Assembly: GCA_036918135.1 (NCBI GenBank)
Contig: JBALDB010000005.1
Location: forward strand, 32,001 to 96,000
DNA: 64,000 nucleotides
Direction of reading: 5' to 3'
From: Nostoc sp.
GTDB lineage: Bacteria; Cyanobacteriota; Cyanobacteriia; Cyanobacteriales; Nostocaceae
Part shown: positions 20,574 to 31,333 of the stretch, in pieces
Layout of the letters: each line of letters opens with the position of its first letter
Position numbering within the stretch: position 1 is the first letter of the stretch
Program-made: the position numbers and the translations under genes
Notes under the pieces: generated by a model
What the model saw: the letters and a program-made list of their open reading frames with translations, nothing else
What the model was told of the DNA's origin: nothing
Databases searched by the model: none

Positions 20574-21944
20574 CTATCTTCCATGATTAGCTCTACCGTA
20601 CCACCGCACTAACACTCGCGCTAATTTCTGCGGATTGTGACGGATAATGCCCGTTTCATCTTCATATAAAACATTAGCTGGGACAATTCGCCGTCCCAGT
20701 TGAATTACGGCTTCTCTATCTAGGAAAACGGGATGGGAATTTTGTTGGGCGTAGCGGATGAGTGATTGCTCGGAGGGGGATTTTTTCTGTACTAGGACAG
20801 CATCAAATAGTCGTCTATCTCCACAAGCAGCATCAATTGCTTGGATGTGATTGGCAACAGTATATCCTTCAGTTTCGCCTGGTTGAGTCATTATATTGCA
20901 GATATAGATACGGGGAACATCTGCTTTAGCGATCGCATCGGCAATTTCTGGTACTAATAAATTGGGAATCAGGCTAGTATAAAGACTACCTGGGCCAATA
21001 ATAATGTAATCTGCTTCTTTAAGTGCCTTAATAACTGCTGGTATAGCTGGGGGATTAGCTGGAATACAGCCAATTTTGACAATTTGTCCCCCAGCTTTGG
21101 GAATATTAGACTCTCCTTCAATGCGGCGACCATCGGCTAATTCTGCCCAAAGGCGAACATCACTCAGAGTTGCTGGTAGTACTTGTCCCCGCACAGCTAG
21201 CACTTTGGAACTGGCTGCAACTGCGCGTTCCAAATCTCCAGTAATATCACTCATGGCTGTTAAAAACAAATTGCCAAAACTATGACCCGTCAACCCATCT
21301 CCCGCACGAAAGCGATATTGAAATAATTCTGTTAATAATTTTTCTTCATCTGCTAGGGCTGCTAAACAATTGCGAATATCTCCTGGTGGTAGCACGCCAA
21401 ATTCTTGGCGCAATCGCCCAGAAGATCCTCCATCATCAGCTACAGTGACGATGGCAGTAATATTAGCGCTGTAAGTTTTTAATCCCCTCAACAACGTAGA
21501 AAGACCCGTACCACCACCAATTACTACTATTTTTGGCCCTCGGTACAATCGACGATGCGCCAGCAAAACATCAATGAGTTCCTCTCCGCCTTCTGCTCTT
21601 AGTACCTTAGTAATTGAGCCGACGGTGCGAGTTTGTCCCCAAAGCAGCAACAAAAAGCCGCCAAGCAGCACCAAAGGGCCGCTGATATAGTTGGGTAAGA
21701 TATCGGTGATTACTCCCAAAAAACCCCTAACCAACTCGAACATCCAAAAAATTGGGGTCAGCTTAATCCAAATCGCTAACCCCAAAATTGCTAGCAGTAC
21801 ACCCCCAATACTGATTAAAAACCAACGTTTAATCGATAGTCCAGGAGATAACCATTTAAACCACTGGTTAACCCGATAGGAAGTACGAGAAGGCGACTGC
21901 TTTCGCAGGGCGTTGAGGGCTTGTCTGAGAAAACCAATTGACAT
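20574..21944 (-). CDS. yvcK: YvcK/UPF0052 (CofD-like) gluconeogenesis factor with N-terminal TM region
   Basis: [42 protein letters not shown]. Confidence 0.9.
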   Translation of the reverse strand: MSIGFLRQALNALRKQSPSRTSYRVNQWFKWLSPGLSIKRWFLISIGGVLLAILGLAIWIKLTPIFWMFELVRGFLGVITDILPNYISGPLVLLGGFLLLLWGQTRTVGSITKVLRAEGGEELIDVLLAHRRLYRGPKIVVIGGGTGLSTLLRGLKTYSANITAIVTVADDGGSSGRLRQEFGVLPPGDIRNCLAALADEEKLLTELFQYRFRAGDGLTGHSFGNLFLTAMSDITGDLERAVAASSKVLAVRGQVLPATLSDVRLWAELADGRRIEGESNIPKAGGQIVKIGCIPANPPAIPAVIKALKEADYIIIGPGSLYTSLIPNLLVPEIADAIAKADVPRIYICNIMTQPGETEGYTVANHIQAIDAACGDRRLFDAVLVQKKSPSEQSLIRYAQQNSHPVFLDREAVIQLGRRIVPANVLYEDETGIIRHNPQKLARVLVRWYGRANHGR

Positions 21945-22119
21945 ACCTGATTCACAGCAGTGCTACAAACTAATAATTAACAGAAAATCTACACCAGTTG
22001 GTTTCAAATACCACGAGTGAAACTATTATATTTTTTAATTCCAGTAGACTAAAAGCAAGTCGTCAAGATTGCCAGTATTCCCAGTTAAACAATATCTTGG
22101 CTTGGTAAGAGTGAATTTA

Positions 22120-22611
22120 ATGGAAAAACGAATTTTAGGATTAGATCCAGGACTGGCAATTTTAGGATTTGGGGCAATTACTTGCATACAAATTCCTCAC
22201 AAAATGCCACAAACTACAGTAAATATGCTGGATTTTGGGGTAATAAAAACGTCAGCAGATGTAGAAATGGGACAACGGCTATCCACCTTATTTGATGATT
22301 TACACACCCTGATGGAGGAGTTTCAACCAGATTTAGTGGCGATCGAGAAACTATTCTTCTATCGTATGTCAAGTACTATCCTGGTTGCACAGGCGCGAGG
22401 TGTAGTTATGTTAGTGTTGGGGCAACGTCGGCTTCCTTATGTAGAATTTACTCCTGCTCAAATTAAACAAGCTTTAACGGGATATGGCAATGCCGATAAG
22501 TCTGAGGTGCAAGAAGCGGTAGCGCGGGAGTTGGATTTAGATGAGATTCCCAAGCCGGATGATGCTGCGGATGCTTTGGCGGTAGCTTTGACGGCGTGTT
22601 ATCAGATTTAA
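22120..22611 (+). CDS. ruvC: Holliday junction resolvase RuvC
   Basis: [36 protein letters not shown]. Confidence 0.95.
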   Translation: MEKRILGLDPGLAILGFGAITCIQIPHKMPQTTVNMLDFGVIKTSADVEMGQRLSTLFDDLHTLMEEFQPDLVAIEKLFFYRMSSTILVAQARGVVMLVLGQRRLPYVEFTPAQIKQALTGYGNADKSEVQEAVARELDLDEIPKPDDAADALAVALTACYQI

Positions 22612-22716
22612 TTGTGAAAAACCAGAATGTATTTGGAAAGCAACTGACACCTCTGCTTTTAGTACTCTTCTACTTAAAGGAGATTTTCTCCAGTTGCTAA
22701 ATGTGAAGGATGAATA

Positions 22717-22977
22717 ATGAATTACGAAGAACTAATCAATGACATTAGCAGCATCAACTATAGTGCTATCACAACTATTGCACGTACCATTAATAAAATT
22801 CAGACAATTCGCAACTGGTTTATCGGTGCTTATATTGTTGAGTATGAACAAAACGGAGTAGACCGTGCTGCATATGGCACACAGCTAATCAAAAAACTTG
22901 CAGATGATTTAAAAAGACCTAATATCGAAGGGCTATCACACCGTAATTTAAAAAACTTTCGACGAGTAAGAGAATAG
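22717..22977 (+). pseudogene. N-terminal fragment of a DUF1016/YhcG-family protein
   Basis: RNWFIGAYIVEYEQNGVDRAAYGTQLIKKLADDL...GLSHRNLKNFR; only 86 aa, nuclease domain absent. Confidence 0.7.
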
Positions 22978-23008
22978 ATAAGTAATATTATATTGGTAAG
23001 GGATAAGT

Positions 23009-24202
23009 TTAAACTGAAGCTGAACAAATCTCACTAGTAATTCTCTGGTTAACAATACAATGTTCTACAATTGTTGGTAATTCCTTATCAATATCAATTG
23101 GAGTTCCTCTTTTAGCAATTTCTTTGATTTCTTGAAAAATCTTAATTACTAAGTCTTGGTTTTCAATCAGTTCTTCTCTCCCAATCTGTTTGAGAGCGAG
23201 TTTGACAGCAATATATCCTGATTGCATTCCCAATGCTAAACTACTTTTGATTCCTAAAAGTTGCGGATTTAAACTTTGATAAAGCCTTTCATCTTTGGCA
23301 ACAGCATTCACATGAACACCTGCATAGTGGGTAAAGGCATTTTTTCCGAGTAAGGGATGATGAGGAGAAATAGATATGTGGGAATGCTCGCTGACAAAAT
23401 CATATAATTCTTTTAATTGGCTCAAATTCCAAGCTGATTTTTCTTCAACTATATCTATTAAATTTATGAGTAATTCTGCTAAGTCAACAATGCCAGAGCG
23501 TTCCCCTAATCCCATAACACTGACATCAATAATATCTGCTCCAGCGTTGTAAGCATCCAGAGCATTTGCTAAGGCTAAACCTCGGTCATTGTGACAATGA
23601 ATTTCTATTTGTGGATATAATTGCTGTTTTGCAAGTTCTTCTTTGAGGGTTTTGACATAATAAGCAATACTACGATTTTGAACAAATGGTGTTGTGTATC
23701 CAGTTGTATCAGCTATGCTAATTATATTCGCTCCTGCCTTCACTGCTGCGATCGCCGCTGCAATCACATTTTCGATTGGCGATCGCACTGTATCTTCTGG
23801 AGTATACCGAATTAATAAGTTTTCTTGCTGCTCTCTAGCATAAGTTATAACTTCAACAATTTTTTCTATTGCTTTTTCTAGACCAATATCATAATCTTGC
23901 TGCAATCGGTTCTCGGAAACGCTAAAAAAGATACCTAAAAAATTGACACCACACTCTAGCGCTTTTTTCACATCATCTTTTCGACAAAGCGAATGAGCGC
24001 CTATTTTAGCTTTCAAACCAGCCTTAGCAATATGAGCGATCGCTAAGGCAATTTCCCTATCTACTGCGGGATTACCAGCTTCAATAATATCAATTCCTAT
24101 ACAATCTAAAAACTGAGCGATCGCTAACTTGATTTCCGGAGCAAAATAAACTCCAGGAGTTTGTTCTCCTTCTCTCAAAGTAGAATCCAGAATTTGAATC
24201 AT
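23009..24202 (-). CDS. DRE-TIM metallolyase, homocitrate/2-isopropylmalate synthase family, no regulatory domain
   Basis: LDSTLREGEQTPGV, ADTTG, HCHNDRGLALANAL, GLGERSG, NAFTHYAGVH. Confidence 0.85.
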   Translation of the reverse strand: MIQILDSTLREGEQTPGVYFAPEIKLAIAQFLDCIGIDIIEAGNPAVDREIALAIAHIAKAGLKAKIGAHSLCRKDDVKKALECGVNFLGIFFSVSENRLQQDYDIGLEKAIEKIVEVITYAREQQENLLIRYTPEDTVRSPIENVIAAAIAAVKAGANIISIADTTGYTTPFVQNRSIAYYVKTLKEELAKQQLYPQIEIHCHNDRGLALANALDAYNAGADIIDVSVMGLGERSGIVDLAELLINLIDIVEEKSAWNLSQLKELYDFVSEHSHISISPHHPLLGKNAFTHYAGVHVNAVAKDERLYQSLNPQLLGIKSSLALGMQSGYIAVKLALKQIGREELIENQDLVIKIFQEIKEIAKRGTPIDIDKELPTIVEHCIVNQRITSEICSASV

Positions 24203-24453
24203 CTCTTCTATAAATTTTAGGAACAGATTTTCATGAAATTTTCTCTGTGGTTGATTATACTAAGCTTTGAATCCCCCAGTGCATGAATTTAATCTAAAAA
24301 ATGTCATCAACTATACAAATTTTTCCAAAAAACTTGAGAGGAGAATTTTTAGTAATTATTTTATATCTATGGAAATAGGTAATTAGTTGTCTAATTACCC
24401 ATAATCTATCGGCATCGCTTTTGGTTAAACTTGAGGCGATCGCTTTTAGTTCG

Positions 24454-25545
24454 CTATCCCATACCATCGATAACTGGATGGAAGTAGAAGGCAAATCCCA
24501 ACACTGTATAAGCGGCTAATAATAAAGTGCCTTCCAACCAATTAGACCTACCATCGGAACTAATGGTATTAGCAATTAATACAGACACAACCACAGCCAC
24601 TAATTCAAAAGGTCTGAAATCCAAATTCATCGGCTGACCAAATGCCCATCCTGCTATCACCAATACAGGGGCGACAAACAAGGCAATCTGCATACTCGAT
24701 CCCACAGCTACAGAAAGGGAAAGATCCATTTTATCTTTCATCGCTACGGTGACTGCTGTGGCGTGTTCAGCGGCGTTACCCACAATCGGAACTAGGATTA
24801 CCCCAGTAAATAATGCTGTCAAACCAAGCTGAGATGTAGCTACCTCCAGAGAATCTACCAGCAATTCTGATTCAACTGCCACTAACAAGGTACATACTAG
24901 CAGCATACCAACCCACAATACAATATTGGGTTTGCCATCAGACATTACCTCTTCTTCTGCTTCTGCCACACCCACATCATATAAATATGAGTGAGTTTTC
25001 ATGGAAAATAGCAGTGTTAGGGCATAAACCAAAATTAACACCACTGCAACAGCAATAGAAAGAGATTGCAGCGTTTGTTGGTTAACTCCTGTAGCAGTGT
25101 AGTTCATGGCTGTGGGTAATAAAATCGCAATCACAGCCAGATTCATCGAAGCAGCATTCACCCGCGCTACAATTGGCTGAAATGTTTGTTCTTTGTAGCG
25201 CAGCCCTCCCAAAAGCATTGAAAAACCCATCACCAGTAGTAAGTTGCTAATAATCGACCCTGTAATACTGGCTTTGACTACATCTATTAACCCAGCCTTC
25301 AGCGCTACTATGGCGATAATCAGTTCTGTAGCATTGCCAAAAGTGGCGTTTAACAACCCCCCCAATGTCGGCCCAACCACAACAGCAATTTCTTCTGTGG
25401 CTGTTCCCATCCAAGCTGCTAAAGGCAAAATCGCTAATCCAGCCGTAAGAAAAACTAGCAATTCTCCCCACTCCAGAAAATGGGCTGCTAAGGAAACTGG
25501 GATAAACAGTAATAAAACGAAAAGAAAAATGTTTTTAACTGACAT
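24454..25545 (-). CDS. cax: Ca2+/H+ antiporter (CAX family)
   Basis: GGLLNATFGNATE and VGNAAEH signature repeats, multiple TM helices. Confidence 0.92.
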   Translation of the reverse strand: MSVKNIFLFVLLLFIPVSLAAHFLEWGELLVFLTAGLAILPLAAWMGTATEEIAVVVGPTLGGLLNATFGNATELIIAIVALKAGLIDVVKASITGSIISNLLLVMGFSMLLGGLRYKEQTFQPIVARVNAASMNLAVIAILLPTAMNYTATGVNQQTLQSLSIAVAVVLILVYALTLLFSMKTHSYLYDVGVAEAEEEVMSDGKPNIVLWVGMLLVCTLLVAVESELLVDSLEVATSQLGLTALFTGVILVPIVGNAAEHATAVTVAMKDKMDLSLSVAVGSSMQIALFVAPVLVIAGWAFGQPMNLDFRPFELVAVVVSVLIANTISSDGRSNWLEGTLLLAAYTVLGFAFYFHPVIDGMG

Positions 25546-26395
25546 TTGTCACCTTGAGTTGACGGTATCCTATCTGAGTGCTGAGTCTTGTTAGTGGTAG
25601 TGAGGCGTTTAGCCCGTGCTGAGTAACAATACTAGTCCCCCGTCCCCAGTTCTGAGTCCTGAGTTTTGAATGAAGACACAAGAATGAGGAGTAAACAAAT
25701 GGTCTTAAGTAAGTGAGCATAACTAATTGAAGATACTTCATAGCTTGTAGTTAGACTAAAGCGCCAACTACGAACTTTAACTTAATTCATGCCTAGCTAC
25801 TTATTTTCTTTGCTGTTACTTACTCATCACTCAGTAGTGATAACTCCCATAGGATACTCTCAAGGGTCTGTAGACCAATTCAGAAATTTTACAGAACTTT
25901 ATTGGTCATTCGTCATTAGTCGTTGGTTATTCGTCATTAGTCATAAATTCTTCTCCCTGAGTCCCCAGTCCCATTACCCCTTATCCCCAGAGGGGGCCCC
26001 ACCTTCCCCAATACCCAATTCACTGCTATCTTTGTAAAAGAAGATTACAATTTAAGGAGTTTTCGTAATCTTTCGTTGCAAAAGTATGAAATTGATTCAA
26101 GATATTACATCAAAAATCGAGTTTAATATATTAAAAGACAATTAAGTTTTTGATTGGCGCTGCCAACGAGAAAACCCATAACTGAGGCGTCGTAAAATGG
26201 CTAATTACTTGAAGCCTTCAGGGAAAGGGCTGTGCGATAACGCAGATTTCCCACTATACTAAAATCGCTTTCTTAAAAATTTGGTTGTATTTCATAGTTG
26301 TTGTTTATACCGGATTTTGTGTTCAAACCATTGTAGAAAGGTTTATGCACACCATTTATTGGTGCAACTACAAGTTTTTTTTTGGATAAATATAC

Positions 26396-29092
26396 ATGAC
26401 TTCTGCTGCCCAAATGCCAGCTAGCTCTGGCTCAACGTCAACATTACATTCAGATTCCCACAACACTTACTCTGTCGATCCCCTGAGAACAGCTAATGGT
26501 GTTTATGTGACGGTGCATGGTCATTTTTACCAGCCACCGAGGGAAAATCCTTATCTGGACGCGATTGAACGCCAACCGAGCGCTGCACCTTTCCATGACT
26601 GGAATGAGCGGATTCATTGGGAATGCTATCGCCCAAATGCTTTTGCCAGAGTCTTAAATGACCGAGGCGAAGTGATGGGGATAGTCAACAATTATGAGTA
26701 TTTTAGTTTTAATATCGGCCCAACGTTGATGTCGTGGCTAGAACGCTACGATCTGGAGGTTTATCAGCGGATTTTGGAGGCGGATCTCAAGAGTAGGGAG
26801 CGTTTGCACGGTCATGGAAATGCGATCGCGCAAGTATACAATCACATCATCATGCCTCTGGCGAATGAACGCGACAAATATACCCAAATTCGCTGGGGTA
26901 AAGAAGACTTCCGCTCTCGGTTTGGCCGCGATCCCGAAGGTATGTGGCTAGCAGAAACCGGTGTGGACTACCCCACCCTAGAAGCTCTAGTTGCTGAAGG
27001 TATTCGCTTCCTTATCCTTGCGCCGTCTCAGGCACAGCGTTGTCGTCCCTTACCTACTAAAGATGATCCCAGTCCTGAATGGTACGAAGTTGGTGGTAGT
27101 CAGATCGATTCCACTCGTCCCTATCGTTGTTATTTGAAGCCCACACTGGAGACTTCATCTTTACCTCTAAATACGATCCCCAATAGCCCTAAGGATAGGA
27201 GTCGGCAAGGATTACCCTATATTGATATCTTCTTCTACGATGGCCCGATATCGCGAGACATGGGTTTTAGTGATGTCGTTTATAATTCCAGTTACTTTAC
27301 TGGACGTATCGGTTCGGCCGTGCGTGGGGATCATCGTCCAGCACAGTTGATTTCTGTGGCTACGGATGGGGAAACCTTTGGACATCACAAGAAAGGAACT
27401 GAAAAAACTTTAGCCTACGCCTTCACAACAGAATTTCCCCAACAGGGTTGGACGGTGACGAACTTCGCTCACTATCTGAGCTTAAATTCTCCTACTTGGG
27501 AAGTGGAATTGAAGCCAATCACAGCTTGGAGTTGCGCCCACGGTGTAGACAGATGGCAGGATAACTGTGGTTGTGGTGGAGAAGGTAGTGCTTGGCATCA
27601 GAAATGGCGTCGTCCGTTGCGGGATGCTCTCAATTGGCTGCGGGATCAACTAATTGAGGTGTACGAAGAATATGGCAGACTGTTATTTCGCGATCCCTGG
27701 CAAGCACGCGATGAATATATTCAAGTGATGCGCGATCGCTCTTCTGCCAACGTCAACCGCTTCCTGTCTCGCCATCAAACCCACAAACTAACAGCTGCCG
27801 AACAAGTTGACGCCCTGCGCTTGTTGGAAATGCAACGTCATGCTTTGTTGATGTTCACGAGTTGTGGTTGGTTTTTTGAAGAAATTTCCCGTCCAGAAGG
27901 GACGCAGATTCTCCGCTACGCCGCGCGTGCTTTGGAATTGGCGGGGGAAGTGGCTGGAGTACAGTTGGAAAAAGGCTTTGTCAAACGTCTTGGTTTAGCC
28001 CCTAGTAATGTCGAACAGTTCAAACATGGTGGGGATATTTATCGGCAACTGGTACTCACTGCCCAACTTGGTTTTAAACAAGTTGCAGCCCATTATGCGA
28101 TTACTTCTTTGTTTACGAATCAGGGATCGACACTGGGTACTAAGCACTCGGCAGTGGGGACTCATACAAAGCGGGTTTATTGCTACACTGCCAATGAGCT
28201 AGATTACCAACTCCAACATATGGGATCGCTAACTCTGGCTGTAGGAAATTTGAAGCTGGTATCAGAGATTACTTGGGAAAGCGAGCATTTGGTATTTGCT
28301 GTTCTGCATTTAGGAGGTTGGGATTTCCACTGCTGCATTCAACAATTTACTGGGCGGCGTGACTACAGCCAATTGAAAGAAAAGCTGTTTAAGGCACTGC
28401 AACAAGCAAGTGCGGCTCATACTATCTTGGCCATGACGCAGTTATTTGGCGAAGATACTTTCAGCTTGGAAAATCTCTTTGCTGAAGAACGCCATCGAAT
28501 TATGCGGCTGTTGAGTCAGCAAACATTGACACCTTTAGGACAACTTTATACGCAAGTATACCGTGATAACTACGGGGTACTGATGGCGTTTCATCGCGAT
28601 GAAATACCAGTCCCGCAAGAATTGCAGGTAGCGGCAGACATAGCTTTAGGGCATCGCTGTCTGATGAGATTGCGAGCGCTCGAGCAAGATATCGCCGATC
28701 CCCAAATGCGTTGGAATCACATAGTAGAATTGGAAGCGATCGCCACAGAAGCAAAACATCTGCGTTGTCGGCTGAATATTCCCGACGGTAAGCAAATATT
28801 AGAACAGTTAATTGTGCGATCGCTTTGGCAATTGTTGCACGATGCCAATGGTAGTTTTGATGCAGATATCCAACAGTTGGAGCGATTGATTGATATCGGG
28901 GATCAATTAGATATTAATATTTCTCTACATCGATCCCAAGAACTATATTACAGCTGTCTGCACAATCAGATAATACCTACGTGCATCACCACTCTTAACA
29001 ATGAAGAAGATATTCATCAGTGTCGTCAGTTGCTCAAATTGGGCAAAAAGTTAGCTGTTGATGTCAGTATGATTTCAAATAAGTTCCCATAA
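26396..29092 (+). CDS. GH57-family glycoside hydrolase with DUF3536
   Basis: HGHFYQPPRENP, GMWLAET, ATDGETFGHH, MFTSCGWFFEEI. Confidence 0.88.
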   Translation: MTSAAQMPASSGSTSTLHSDSHNTYSVDPLRTANGVYVTVHGHFYQPPRENPYLDAIERQPSAAPFHDWNERIHWECYRPNAFARVLNDRGEVMGIVNNYEYFSFNIGPTLMSWLERYDLEVYQRILEADLKSRERLHGHGNAIAQVYNHIIMPLANERDKYTQIRWGKEDFRSRFGRDPEGMWLAETGVDYPTLEALVAEGIRFLILAPSQAQRCRPLPTKDDPSPEWYEVGGSQIDSTRPYRCYLKPTLETSSLPLNTIPNSPKDRSRQGLPYIDIFFYDGPISRDMGFSDVVYNSSYFTGRIGSAVRGDHRPAQLISVATDGETFGHHKKGTEKTLAYAFTTEFPQQGWTVTNFAHYLSLNSPTWEVELKPITAWSCAHGVDRWQDNCGCGGEGSAWHQKWRRPLRDALNWLRDQLIEVYEEYGRLLFRDPWQARDEYIQVMRDRSSANVNRFLSRHQTHKLTAAEQVDALRLLEMQRHALLMFTSCGWFFEEISRPEGTQILRYAARALELAGEVAGVQLEKGFVKRLGLAPSNVEQFKHGGDIYRQLVLTAQLGFKQVAAHYAITSLFTNQGSTLGTKHSAVGTHTKRVYCYTANELDYQLQHMGSLTLAVGNLKLVSEITWESEHLVFAVLHLGGWDFHCCIQQFTGRRDYSQLKEKLFKALQQASAAHTILAMTQLFGEDTFSLENLFAEERHRIMRLLSQQTLTPLGQLYTQVYRDNYGVLMAFHRDEIPVPQELQVAADIALGHRCLMRLRALEQDIADPQMRWNHIVELEAIATEAKHLRCRLNIPDGKQILEQLIVRSLWQLLHDANGSFDADIQQLERLIDIGDQLDINISLHRSQELYYSCLHNQIIPTCITTLNNEEDIHQCRQLLKLGKKLAVDVSMISNKFP

Positions 29093-29148
29093 CAGTAGGG
29101 GCACACACCTGTGTGCCCCATAAAAGTATTACATCCACATGAAAATCA

Positions 29149-29394
29149 CTAGAAATCAAAATGGCGTCTAAACCGGGGATCGATGCTGTCACTTTTTTGC
29201 TGATTACAAGTCAAGCAAAGGGTTTGTAGATTGCTGATATCGTTTTGACCCCCACGGGCGAGGGGAATGATATGGTCAATGGTGAGACTAGTTTCTAGTG
29301 TAGTTTTACCGCAGCTTTGGCATTGATATTTGTCACGTTGCCAGACATATTTTTTTACTTCCAGGGGAATAGCAATCCGGGGAGTTTTACTCAT
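29149..29394 (-). CDS. Small HNH endonuclease
   Basis: CQSCG..IDHIIPLARGGQNDISNLQTLCLTCNQQKS. Confidence 0.9.
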   Translation of the reverse strand: MSKTPRIAIPLEVKKYVWQRDKYQCQSCGKTTLETSLTIDHIIPLARGGQNDISNLQTLCLTCNQQKSDSIDPRFRRHFDF

Positions 29395-29482
29395 AATTGT
29401 TGACGGGACTGTTAATAATCTAGTTCTTTTAATTCAGCCATTTTTAGCATTAAATAAAGTAAGCGCAATCAAAATATAGAAA

Positions 29483-29870
29483 ATGTCTAAAGAATTAAAC
29501 GAAATTAAAACCCTTGCTAACAAACTCACACCTGAAGAACAATTGCATTTAATCGCTTATTGAACGCAAAGGCTGGGACGTTGTGAAATTAAACGCAAAC
29601 CAAGCCGCAATATTATGGAATTTGCTGCTATAGCACCCAATCTCATGGGAGGAATGGATGTCCAGGAATATGTCACTCGTATGAGGCGTGGAGAGTTTCC
29701 TGATTTAGAAATTGTAGAAAAGCAATTAGGGTAACAGGAGTAAACATTACAAACAGTTTACAGGGTGTGAGGCGCTAGTTTCTCGATACTGGGCCAGTTA
29801 TTTACTTCGTTGAGCGATATCTACAATACTTTCCTCTCGTCAGAGAAGTGTTTGAGCAACTGAGGAATAT
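29483..29870 (+). pseudogene. Decayed antitoxin (29483-29734, internal TGA) plus 5' fragment of a PIN/VapC toxin
   Basis: MSKELNEIKTLANKLTPEEQLHLIAY*...GMDVQEYVTRMRRG; then ..QGVRR*FLDTGPVIYFVERY..FPLVREVFEQL, a PIN-type N-terminus. Confidence 0.7.
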
Positions 29871-30237
29871 ACCACTGCTCGGTCTTGATTAATGATTTAT
29901 AGCCAAGCTGATGGATTTATTCACTAAAGCGGATAAAACTTGGTCTGATTTGCGTAAAATTCTAGTTTTTTGTGGATATCTACTTAGGGCGTTGCATAAA
30001 AGCCTGATGAATTAAGATTTTTAGCCAAGGGTAAATCTAGATTTTTTGAGCTTTTGCGCCTTTGGACGAAACAAAATTCATCTCACTAATTAGCAACGTC
30101 CAATTTAGTTGCATTTGACAGCAAATTCAATCCAAGTCTGAGTTTTAGATACTTCGGCTTGTCTACGACACGCTATGCGATCGCAATCATTTAACTTAGC
30201 TACAAATGCTGCCTCACAACACCGAAACTAAAGGATC

Positions 30238-30867
30238 ATGAGCCAATCCAATGTTATTCGCATCCTGATTGCTGACGATCATCCCATTTTGGGACAAGCT
30301 TTAACAATGTTTCTTCAATGTGAGCCAGATATGACTGTAATCGGCCATGCTGGCGACGGACGAGAAGCGTTAGAACTTTTCCGCCAACATCAGCCCGACG
30401 TGGTGCTGATGGAATTGCGAATGCCAAAGATGGAAGGTGCTGATGCGATCGCTGCTATCTGTGCTAAGTTTAAACACGCCCGGATAATTGTGTTGACTGG
30501 CTTTGATGGCGATGAAGATGTCTATCGCGGACTGCGGGCTGGTGCAAAGGGCTATATTCTTAAGGGGGCTGAACCGAAGGAACTTTTGGATGCGATTCGC
30601 ACCGTTCATAGAGGTCAAAAGTACATTCCGCCTAGTATAGCAGCCAAACTAGCCGAGCGAATGGGCAGCCAGGAATTGAGCAATCGCGAGTTGGAGGTGC
30701 TGCGTTTGATAGCGAAGGGCAAAAATAACCAGCAGATTAGCGCTGCTCTAAATATTGTTGAGAGTACCGTCAGGTTCCATGCTAATAATATTTTTGGCAA
30801 ATTGAAGGTGAGCGATCGGACTCAAGCGCTAGTCACCGCGCTGAATCGGGGGATTGTTAGGCTGTAG
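30238..30867 (+). CDS. NarL/FixJ-family DNA-binding response regulator
   Basis: ILIADDHP receiver domain, LSNRELEVLRLIAKG LuxR HTH; phosphoacceptor position reads VVLMEL. Confidence 0.92.
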   Translation: MSQSNVIRILIADDHPILGQALTMFLQCEPDMTVIGHAGDGREALELFRQHQPDVVLMELRMPKMEGADAIAAICAKFKHARIIVLTGFDGDEDVYRGLRAGAKGYILKGAEPKELLDAIRTVHRGQKYIPPSIAAKLAERMGSQELSNRELEVLRLIAKGKNNQQISAALNIVESTVRFHANNIFGKLKVSDRTQALVTALNRGIVRL

Positions 30868-31040
30868 TCGCATCTTCTCGACCTCACATTTTGATAGGTT
30901 TAAAACCCAACATTAAGCTAGTGACAAAGTTGAGCTTATTTTTTAGGCTTGGTATATCTACTTAGTTTTGGTTTGTACACCTGTGAGGAGGGCGATCAAA
31001 AGACTTGGATGGGGAGTTGAAAAAGAGCAAAGTTTATTTA

Positions 31041-31227
31041 AACTGATATCTTGCACCAATCTCAATAAACCGCCGAAGAATAAATTCCCCGGCTGATACC
31101 GCTCATTCGTCTAAAGATGACTGGACAAGAGTTTTAGTCCATTTCAATGGAATGCGTGCTAAAAGCTGTGGAAATTTATTTCTGGGCGGGTTTGGACGCT
31201 AATTGATAATGGTGCAAGATGTTAGTT
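31041..31227. mobile_element. MITE-like imperfect palindromic element
   Basis: AACTGATATCTTGCACCA...TGGTGCAAGATGTTAGTT terminal inverted repeats with internal complementary arms. Confidence 0.6.
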
Positions 31228-31333
31228 AAAACAGGTGATATTCCAATTGGTAATTGCGAATATAAACCCTACTAATCTACCTAATTCATCATCAAATTTA
31301 CTTATTATTTAAAATAATTTATACCTATAGATC

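Noticed and set aside
23009..24202. Naming this gene nifV or leuA
   Set aside because: The family is clear but there is no nif context and no LeuA regulatory domain; substrate cannot be assigned by eye.
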